Shown here: one piece after another, positions 18,812 to 24,498 of the stretch
Position numbering within the stretch: position 1 is the first letter of the stretch
Layout: each line of letters starts with the position of its first letter
Source: Fibrobacter succinogenes subsp. succinogenes S85
GTDB lineage: Bacteria > Fibrobacterota > Fibrobacteria > Fibrobacterales > Fibrobacteraceae
Assembly (NCBI RefSeq): GCF_000146505.1
Contig: NC_017448.1
Coordinates: forward strand, 1,590,001-1,622,000
DNA length: 32,000 bases
Direction: 5' to 3'
The notes under the pieces: generated by a model
What the model was told of the DNA's origin: nothing
Seen by the model: only the letters and a program-made list of their open reading frames with translations
Database searches by the model: none
Translations under genes and position numbers: made by a program

Positions 18812-19044
18812 TTTTTTATCTCTCCTACATTAGTAACATTATACAGATCCATTATGTTTATGTTGAGATATTGAATTAGGACTATCGCCTTACGAAAGGA
18901 GATGTTTCTTTCTCCTCTCTCGATCATTCCTATATAGTTTTTATGCATTTCAACAGCATTTCCAAGCTGTTCCTGACTTATGCATTTCTTTTCTCTAGCT
19001 TTCTTAACTAGTAAGCCAAAATTTTTTAGGAAGGGATCGTTCAT
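18808..19044 (-). CDS. XRE-family HTH controller (C) protein of the R-M system
   Basis: 78 aa from ATG 19044. ISQEQLGNAVEMHKNYIGMIERGERNISFRKAIVLIQYL is a lambda-repressor-like HTH. Its position and stop/start overlap with the nuclease gene are typical of C proteins. The track ORF to 19071 starts at TTG. Confidence 0.75.
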   Translation of the reverse strand: MNDPFLKNFGLLVKKAREKKCISQEQLGNAVEMHKNYIGMIERGERNISFRKAIVLIQYLNINIMDLYNVTNVGEIKK

Positions 19045-19051
19045 TTTTTCA

Positions 19052-19079
19052 ATTATATAAATGAAATTCAAAAGAGCAA
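19052..19079 (-). promoter_or_regulatory. sigma70-like promoter of the C-R operon, apparently leaderless
   Basis: On the minus strand: TTGCTC (19079-74), 16-nt spacer, TATAAT (19057-52), then 7 nt (TGAAAAA) before ATG 19044. Confidence 0.4.
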
Positions 19080-19182
19080 CACACTATCCGTTGTTTTTTG
19101 CGTTTTTTGGTATTTTTGTTGCCTAATAGTGCTGTTTTGAGTTATGTTTAGATAGAAGGTTAATAAACAATAGGATCAAATT

Positions 19183-19497
19183 ATGGATTTCAGCACTTTT
19201 GAACGGCTTTACATTCCTTATTGCGAAACAACAAATGTGAGTAGTGGTAAGGCAAGATCTTATTATCTTGCAATTAAATATTTGGCAGAATATCTAAACT
19301 TGCCGAATCTTGGTTACGGGAATGCTTACAAGATTCTCGAAAAAGAAAATGACCTTAGCGAAAGGAATAGCATTTTTTACAGACAGCTACTTCGCCAATG
19401 GGATGATGATGGTCATAGCTCCTATTTAAAAAATGGATTCGTTCAAGCGGCCATCTCTTATTTTAGGAAATTTGCTGCAGATAACAATTTGCTGTAG
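19183..19497 (+). CDS. hypothetical protein (104 aa)
   Basis: ORF with plausible composition. AT-rich island gene. No motif recognised. Confidence 0.45.
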   Translation: MDFSTFERLYIPYCETTNVSSGKARSYYLAIKYLAEYLNLPNLGYGNAYKILEKENDLSERNSIFYRQLLRQWDDDGHSSYLKNGFVQAAISYFRKFAADNNLL

Positions 19498-19536
19498 CAG
19501 ATACCCAGTCTCTATCACTATTTTATAGAACAATAA

Positions 19537-19566
19537 CCCCTATGATTTTTAGCATAGGGGTTATTT
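19537..19566. terminator. bidirectional intrinsic terminator between convergent genes
   Basis: CCCCTATG-ATTTTTAG-CATAGGGG, a perfect 8-bp stem, flanked by AATAA on the left and TTATTT on the right. Confidence 0.7.
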
Positions 19567-19575
19567 AGATTTATC

Positions 19576-20520
19576 TCAAAAAATCTTCCCTTCTATTGAG
19601 CCGGCCCCTGTTGTTTTGCATAATATGATCTTATTCCTGTTTTGGGGCCATTTTTGTATTAAGTGATTGCGATCTAGCCTCTTTTCATCAATAAAAAGAT
19701 TCACACTGTTTTCAAAAGTTAACTCATTATTTTTACGTTGGATGACTGTTTTTTCGTCGATTCTGTCACGCTCATCGTGCAGTTCGAAATTTATTGATGT
19801 AAATCCAATTTGCCAGAAAGCCATATCCAACAATTTCATCTGCGTATATTCTAGGTTCCCTTTTTGGAGTGTTACCCTATAACTTTCTAATTGATCAAAA
19901 TTATTTTTATAAAATTCTATAAGATTGTTCAAGGATGTTTTGTTGTATGTTTTCGTCGTTACTTGTTCATATGCGACACCTTTGGCAAAATACTGATCAT
20001 AGGCGGGAACACATCCCAGAGTTCCTAAAAGGACTTTTGTTATCAGGATTGTCGACAGATCAGATTCTACTTCTTCCTTGTACAATAAATCGGAAACACT
20101 TTTTCGAACATCGGAGTAGTATTCAGTGATTTTTTCTGATAAATCCCATAATGCCAGGTTCAGTTCTGAATTGATAAGTTCTTTACATCCTGCTCCTTGA
20201 AGACGCTTGTCCGAGTTCAAAATCATTTCAACAACTTTGCGATGGATTTTGTTATCTTGTTGCAGGAGGAAGGAGGATCCGCGATACATTCCCCAGCTAG
20301 CAAGATAAAAAGCCAGATGAAGGCAAAGGCGGTCTTTGTCACTCTCTGTTATGGACTTTTTATTTCGAACTTCACAAAAAGCCGAGTAGCAGTGTTCCCA
20401 AGAAAGATATCGACTATTTTCTTTTTTGCAGAATCGCCAATACTCTTCCGTGTTTTTTATGAGTTTTTCTATAAGGTACTGTTTTTTCGGTTTTGTATTT
20501 GCTGTGGGACATGTTTTCAT
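19576..20520 (-). CDS. hypothetical protein (314 aa), distal gene of an uncharacterised operon
   Basis: Long AT-rich ORF 7 nt downstream of the preceding gene. It has the conserved-looking block LCLHLAFYLASWGMYRGSSFLL. No family assigned. Confidence 0.6.
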   Translation of the reverse strand: MKTCPTANTKPKKQYLIEKLIKNTEEYWRFCKKENSRYLSWEHCYSAFCEVRNKKSITESDKDRLCLHLAFYLASWGMYRGSSFLLQQDNKIHRKVVEMILNSDKRLQGAGCKELINSELNLALWDLSEKITEYYSDVRKSVSDLLYKEEVESDLSTILITKVLLGTLGCVPAYDQYFAKGVAYEQVTTKTYNKTSLNNLIEFYKNNFDQLESYRVTLQKGNLEYTQMKLLDMAFWQIGFTSINFELHDERDRIDEKTVIQRKNNELTFENSVNLFIDEKRLDRNHLIQKWPQNRNKIILCKTTGAGSIEGKIF

Positions 20521-20527
20521 ATTTGGG

Positions 20528-21172
20528 TTATATGTTATGTTCAGCCAAGTATTGCAATAATGAGTTCATGTTGCGATCATACCAGTCATTAGTAACAAAG
20601 TAATGTTCATTTCTGATAGAAATATCATCGGCATAATATCTGGATCTGCCATGATTATCATTACGCCCAGCATCAGTTAGCTTTAACACTGGGTAGCGAA
20701 GATTTCCAAATGTACGACGGCAGTATGCAGCGTCTTGTAAATTGGATACCTCTTCGTTAGATAAATTGCCGCTTTTCAAAAGATCATACAGTCTGGTTTT
20801 AACAATAAATCCAGGTCTTAATTCAGCCAAATTCTCATTTACTTGAGCTTGCGCTGGAGCGAGGTTATTGAACCTTCGAATCCTATTTTGTCTTCCTGGA
20901 TTAATCTCTGTCATCTTCCAAAGTTTTACAGCTCGAATAAACAATTCGCTTTCGTCAGCTATATTGTCGGTCAAATTGCAAAGTGGAATCAATATGCTTG
21001 ATTTAAATTCTTCATTTGCGATAATCTTTAGATCAACTTCGCAATTATTTTCGGAAAAAAAGTCTCTTAGATTATTGATATTTGCATTTAATTGGGTTAA
21101 AGTAGTATCTCCAATTCTAGGCGAAATAAATGTTAGTTCTATGGCACTATTTGGGAAAAAGGATTTCGTCAT
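20528..21172 (-). CDS. hypothetical protein; the reading frame stays open upstream to 21280 with no canonical start, so it is probably the C-terminal part of a split gene
   Basis: 214 aa from the first ATG. The same frame reads RRSYKIFAYESAFHENGLNYQDTQKKVIHKFFRNYL upstream of that ATG. Confidence 0.55.
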   Translation of the reverse strand: MTKSFFPNSAIELTFISPRIGDTTLTQLNANINNLRDFFSENNCEVDLKIIANEEFKSSILIPLCNLTDNIADESELFIRAVKLWKMTEINPGRQNRIRRFNNLAPAQAQVNENLAELRPGFIVKTRLYDLLKSGNLSNEEVSNLQDAAYCRRTFGNLRYPVLKLTDAGRNDNHGRSRYYADDISIRNEHYFVTNDWYDRNMNSLLQYLAEHNI

Positions 21173-21225
21173 TAAATAGTTTCTGAAAAATTTATGAATT
21201 ACTTTTTTTTGAGTGTCTTGATAAT

Positions 21226-21534
21226 TTAAACCGTTTTCATGAAAAGCTGATTCATAGGCAAAAATTTTGTACGACCTCCTTCAAACAAAAGACCTAATAA
21301 ATCACATTCGGTGGATTCCAATACGGTTGAAAAGGATTGTGGTCGATTGCCTGATGTAAAACGAAAAACAGAAAAACGTTCATCATCTTGAAAACGATTA
21401 TATAGAGTTTCTAGCTCTGATTCATTATATTGCTGCCAGAATCTAGACACCTTGAAGTTAGTTTGAACAATCTGACAGCCTTTACAATGTCTCAGCCAGG
21501 AATAAAGCATGCTTTCTGCTATTTCTATTTTCAT
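21226..21534 (-). CDS. hypothetical protein (102 aa), probably the N-terminal part of the split gene
   Basis: MKIEIAESMLYSWLRHCKGCQIVQTNFK...ESTECDLLGLLFEGG, after which the frame ends. It overlaps the open upstream extension of the next ORF by about 50 nt. Confidence 0.55.
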   Translation of the reverse strand: MKIEIAESMLYSWLRHCKGCQIVQTNFKVSRFWQQYNESELETLYNRFQDDERFSVFRFTSGNRPQSFSTVLESTECDLLGLLFEGGRTKFLPMNQLFMKTV

Positions 21535-21759
21535 TCTGGATTCCTTTTCAGTTAAACACCTGCAAATTAAAATAAATTATTTCCATACAAAAGTCCAAAG
21601 ATTTTTTTGCGTTAGGGATAGTGACCCCTTGGGGACAAGACTCGCATAGCGAGGCTTGGTTCTAGGAGGCGAGCGGCAAGCGAAAGCGTAGGCGATTGCC
21701 CCTAGAATATAGCCCGACCCGGCCCTTCGGCAAGCTCAGGGACCTGGGCCGGGGAACGC

Positions 21760-21801
21760 CTTGTAAAATTTTCTTGCTTCCATGGCGCAAGCGCCAAATG
21801 C
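21760..21801 (+). repeat. left 42-nt boundary repeat of the cassette array (18-nt core plus palindrome)
   Basis: CTTGTAAAATTTTCTTGCTTCCATGGCGCAAGCGCCAAATGC is 39/42 identical to 26031-26072. It contains the perfect palindrome TGGCGCAAGCGCCA. Confidence 0.85.
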
Positions 21802-21814
21802 TAGGCTCAGTCAT

Positions 21815-21836
21815 AAAAATAAGCAAGCTTATTTTT
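21815..21836. repeat. perfect 10-bp inverted repeat AAAAATAAGC-AA-GCTTATTTTT
   Basis: Read directly from the sequence. It lies in the 59-nt unique spacer between the left boundary repeat and the first leader module, and could act as a bidirectional terminator. Confidence 0.5.
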
Positions 21837-21896
21837 GCGACATTCGCCTTACGCATTTGTGCCAACATTTTCGATATTAGGTACATTAATGCAGCA

Positions 21897-21934
21897 CGTG
21901 ATTCTCTGTCAAATGGAGAATCGCGTCTTTTTTT
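21897..21934 (+). terminator. intrinsic-terminator-like hairpin inside leader copy A
   Basis: CGTGATTCTC-TGTCAAATG-GAGAATCGCG (10-bp stem including one G-U) followed by TCTTTTTTT. Confidence 0.6.
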
Positions 21935-21976
21935 ATTCTGTAATTTCAGAATTAGGGGACGCCTCTAACATCAACC

Positions 21977-21993
21977 GGTCACAAATTGTGACC
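21977..21993. promoter_or_regulatory. palindromic operator-like site GGTCAC-AAATT-GTGACC
   Basis: Perfect 6-bp half-sites lie between the leader hairpin and the SD of the toxin gene. Confidence 0.4.
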
Positions 21994-22017
21994 ACATGGA
22001 GGCAAAAAGCACCTATC

Positions 22018-22338
22018 ATGAATGAAAATATTGACAACTTGTCAAAATTTGATTACATTATAAAAAGATACACGGTCAGAATAACTCATAAGGCTTTAAA
22101 GAACCTTGATAAAATGCCCAAGCCAGAACAGGAAAAGTTCTTCCGTTTGAAAACGGCTTTGGAAACAAGAGGTCCTGAACAGCCCTCGTTTATGAATTAT
22201 TCTAAACTCGGTATGAACATGTATCATTGCCATTTGTCAAGAAAATGGGTTGCATGTTGGAAAAATGAATCGGGAACTTTAACTATAGAGGTCTACTATG
22301 TTGGCAGTCGTGAAAGCGCCCCCTACGCACGGCACTAA
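22018..22338 (+). CDS. RelE/ParE-superfamily toxin
   Basis: 106 aa from ATG 22018. YTVRITHKALKNLDKMPKPEQEKF...L...YSKLGMNMYHCHLSRKWVACW...TIEVYYVGSRESAPY follows the RelE/ParE pattern. The toxin-first order with an XRE antitoxin is HigBA-like. Confidence 0.65.
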   Translation: MNENIDNLSKFDYIIKRYTVRITHKALKNLDKMPKPEQEKFFRLKTALETRGPEQPSFMNYSKLGMNMYHCHLSRKWVACWKNESGTLTIEVYYVGSRESAPYARH

Positions 22339-22714
22339 GAAGCCGGTATCCTTCAAGATCGAAGGAGAACAGATTCCCGACTTCGTTTTGGGGATGCTCA
22401 AGTACATGTTTCCGAAATGTGTCAAGATTTATGAAACGCCGCTCAAAAAACGTCATGATATGGATGAGGAATCGGTTGTGCTCGAAAGTACCGATTGGAA
22501 CAAGAGAATGTCCGCGGAAATGACACCAGGCAAGGCCATCCGTGCCGACCGTGGGCTTCGCGGATGGACGCAGAATGTTCTCGCGCAAAAACTCGGCATC
22601 TCTATACAGAACCTTTCTGCGATGGAACATGACCGTCGTCCGGTATCCAAGAAAATGGCCGCAAAGCTGTCTCAAATTTTCGACGTCCCGCCTGAAACAT
22701 ATTTCAAATTCTGA
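22298..22714 (+). CDS. XRE-family HTH antitoxin with N-terminal extension
   Basis: The C-terminal GKAIRADRGLRGWTQNVLAQKLGISIQNLSAMEHDRRPVS is an HTH_3. It overlaps the toxin by 41 nt, with an alternative ATG at 22394. Confidence 0.7.
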   Translation: MLAVVKAPPTHGTKKPVSFKIEGEQIPDFVLGMLKYMFPKCVKIYETPLKKRHDMDEESVVLESTDWNKRMSAEMTPGKAIRADRGLRGWTQNVLAQKLGISIQNLSAMEHDRRPVSKKMAAKLSQIFDVPPETYFKF

Positions 22715-22727
22715 CTGTAAAATTTTC

Positions 22728-22756
22728 TTGCACCCCTAGCCAACATTTTCGATATT
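22728..22756 (+). promoter_or_regulatory. sigma70-like promoter inside leader copy B
   Basis: TTGCAC, 17-nt spacer, GATATT. The -35 hexamer is formed by the 3' end of the 18-nt core. Confidence 0.35.
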
Positions 22757-22774
22757 AGGTACATTAATGCAGCA

Positions 22775-22811
22775 CGTGATTCTCTGTCAAATGGAGAATC
22801 GCGTCTTTTTT
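22775..22811 (+). terminator. intrinsic-terminator-like hairpin inside leader copy B
   Basis: Same hairpin as copy A, followed by TCTTTTTT. Confidence 0.6.
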
Positions 22812-22853
22812 ATTCTGTAATTTCAGAATTAGGGGACGCCTCTAACATCAACC

Positions 22854-22870
22854 GGCCACAAATCGTGACC
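22854..22870. promoter_or_regulatory. palindromic operator-like site GGCCAC-AAATC-GTGACC
   Basis: Same position as in copy A, with one half-site mismatch. Confidence 0.35.
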
Positions 22871-22883
22871 ACATGGAGGCTAA

Positions 22884-23926
22884 ATGACCAAGAACACAAA
22901 AAATGTGACTGTTGCGCCAGTCAAATCAGAAATGTCCCTGATAGACGAGAACTTGCTCAAATCGCGTATTTATACCATCCGAGGGGCCAAGGTCATGCTT
23001 GATGCCGATTTAGCCGAAATTTATGGGTATAGTACCGGAGCTTTTAACCGGCAAGTCAAGAATAATATTGAGCGTTTTGCGGAGGATTTCCGGTTCCAAT
23101 TGTCCAAAAGGGAAGTTGAAGAATTGCGATGCAAAAATTGCACCGCAAATATCAGCACAATGAACCGCTCCTATCCCTTTGTTTTTACGGAACAAGGTAT
23201 TTACATGCTCATGACCGTGTTGAAAGGCGATTTAGCGATACAACAGAGTATGGCCCTCATTCGTCTTTTTAAGCAGATGAAAGACTATATCGTTGCAGAA
23301 AATCAGCAACTGCTCGGAACTGCGGGAATCGCCCAGATTGCAGCGCAGACTGCTCAAAATACACATGAAATTGCGGTGGTTTCTGCCGAAGTAAAGGAAC
23401 TTTCCGGCGAAGTTCGCGACATTCGGAGTGATTTGGGAAAAATCAATATGGACCTCCAGATGGTCATGGAAAATTTCGTCGATCCATCGACTTACAAGCA
23501 CTTCTTGATTCTGAATGGACAGAAGTTGGAAGCCGATGTCGCCTACGCACAGATTTACGGCATGGCGAAGAAAACGCTGTTGATTGTCGATAACTATGTT
23601 GACATCAAGACGTTGAATTTGCTCAGAAATGCGCACAAAGGCGTTTCCATCTTGATTGCGAGTGACCAATATACCCGCAAACAGACGATATGCTCAACGA
23701 TTTTCGTGCTGCGATGCCGGGCATTTCGATTGACAAAATTTCTGCTGCGCACAAGTTCCACGACCGATACATTCTAATCGATATCAAGACCAAAAGCGAA
23801 AAGCTGTACCATTGCGGGGCTTCTAGTAAGGACGCCGGCAATAAGATTACGACTATTGTTCAACTGGATGACATTGAGGCATACCGGAACATGTTTGAAG
23901 AACTGTACGCCAAGCAGGAAACTTAA
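22884..23926 (+). pseudogene. ORF6N (KilA-N-related) domain protein with PLD-like HxR...D C-terminal domain, interrupted by a frameshift near 23675-23695
   Basis: The N-terminal MLDADLAEIYGYSTGAFNRQVKNNIERFAEDFRFQL is ORF6N. The frame changes after ...VSILIASDQYT. The second frame (open from 23666, ATG at 23690) continues MLNDFRAAMPGISI...FHDRYILID...LYHCGASSKDAGNKITT. The two ORFs overlap, and each alone is a truncated version of the usual protein of about 340 aa. Confidence 0.65.
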
Positions 23927-23945
23927 TTACAAAAGCGAGGTAAAA

Positions 23946-24299
23946 ATGAACTATACATTTACAGAAAAAGAAGTTGAAATGATGTACAACTGGGGAATGT
24001 ACGCTGATGGGGAAAGCGGCTTCAATGAAGAAGAAAAAAAGTTGTACGATAAATTGGAGCGAATATTTACGCCATTACAAAAAGAAAAAAATAATGCGCA
24101 AAAGGTTGTAGAATTTTTCAAAGAAATTAGCAATACATACGAGAACGTAAGTTATTACTGGAGTACTGGGACCTGTATCAAATTTATTGACTATGATAAA
24201 ACACTTTGCTTTGACACTAAAAAAACTAAATACACAGATGTGGTGCTCGAGGTGTCGAAGGTTATAAACAAATTAAAGTTGAAAAAGCGAGAAGATTAA
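23946..24299 (+). CDS. hypothetical protein (117 aa)
   Basis: ATG 23946 is preceded by GAGGTAAAA, 19 nt after the ORF6N-family stop. No motif recognised. Confidence 0.5.
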   Translation: MNYTFTEKEVEMMYNWGMYADGESGFNEEEKKLYDKLERIFTPLQKEKNNAQKVVEFFKEISNTYENVSYYWSTGTCIKFIDYDKTLCFDTKKTKYTDVVLEVSKVINKLKLKKRED

Positions 24300-24361
24300 T
24301 AAATGCCGAAATAGCCACAATCCAGAATGGGAAGTAGGCACATTGCTCTTGTAAAATTTTC

Positions 24362-24390
24362 TTGCACCCCTAGCCAACATTTTCGATATT
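24362..24390 (+). promoter_or_regulatory. sigma70-like promoter inside leader copy C
   Basis: TTGCAC, 17-nt spacer, GATATT, as in copy B. Confidence 0.35.
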
Positions 24391-24408
24391 AGGTACATTA
24401 ATGCAGCA

Positions 24409-24446
24409 CGTGATTTTCTGTCAAATGGAGAATCGCGTCTTTTTTT
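24409..24446 (+). terminator. intrinsic-terminator-like hairpin inside leader copy C
   Basis: CGTGATTTTC-TGTCAAATG-GAGAATCGCG. The single C>T difference from copies A and B converts a C-G pair to U-G, so the stem is retained. Followed by TCTTTTTTT. Confidence 0.6.
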
Positions 24447-24498
24447 ATTCCGTGATTTTGGAATAAGGGGACGCCTTCAACTAATCAAAGGAGGCGCA

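Larger units (their letters stand above)
21861..22003 (+). repeat. leader module copy A (no adjacent core)
   Basis: GCCAACATTTTCGATATTAGGTACATTAATGCAGCACGTGATTCTCTGTCAAATGGAGAATCGCGTC...GGAGGC is near-identical to 22738-22880. Confidence 0.85.
22715..22880 (+). repeat. core plus leader module copy B
   Basis: CTGTAAAATTTTCTTGC, then ACCCCTAGCCAACATTTTCGATATT...GGAGGC. It starts 3 nt after the antitoxin stop and ends 3 nt before ATG 22884. Confidence 0.85.
24348..24495 (+). repeat. core plus leader module copy C (divergent 3' end)
   Basis: CTTGTAAAATTTTCTTGCACCCCTAGCCAACATTTTCGATATT... is identical to copy B through the hairpin. After the T-tract it diverges and lacks the GGYCAC palindrome. 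It ends in AGGAGGC before ATG 24499. Confidence 0.85.

Noticed and set aside
19082-19131. CACTAT ... ATAGTG as C-box operator upstream of the controller gene
   Set aside because: The half-sites are only 6 nt long and 38 nt apart, which is longer than typical C-box geometry. They could easily be a chance match in AT-rich DNA.
19576-20520. HEPN nuclease call for the 314-aa protein based on RYLSWEH (R-x5-H)
   Set aside because: A lone R-x(4-6)-H string is far too common to be diagnostic, and I could not verify any supporting helical-bundle context.
21203-21210. T8 (A8 on the coding strand) homopolymer as the frameshift site of the split gene
   Set aside because: It lies downstream of the first frame's stop codon (21226-21228), inside the already open second frame. 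It therefore cannot be where the two frames join, and the junction must be within 21229-21280.
21535-21760. tRNA or tmRNA gene (or 3' fragment) as an integration target at the island borders (also 13899-14315)
   Set aside because: No T-arm consensus (GGTTCGAATCC-like), acceptor-stem pairing or CCA context could be found by eye. This remains unverified without tRNAscan or ARAGORN.
21696-22017. ORFs 21696-21968 and the upstream part of 21835-22338 reading through the repeat module
   Set aside because: They translate the conserved non-coding leader. The same DNA upstream of the other cassettes is not in frame with anything, and the RelE-like homology begins only at ATG 22018.
24329-24338. GGGAAGTAGG shared with the heptamer array upstream of rpsB (30808-30817)
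   Set aside because: A single 10-mer match is expected by chance at this window size, and there is no tandem structure at 24.3 kb.
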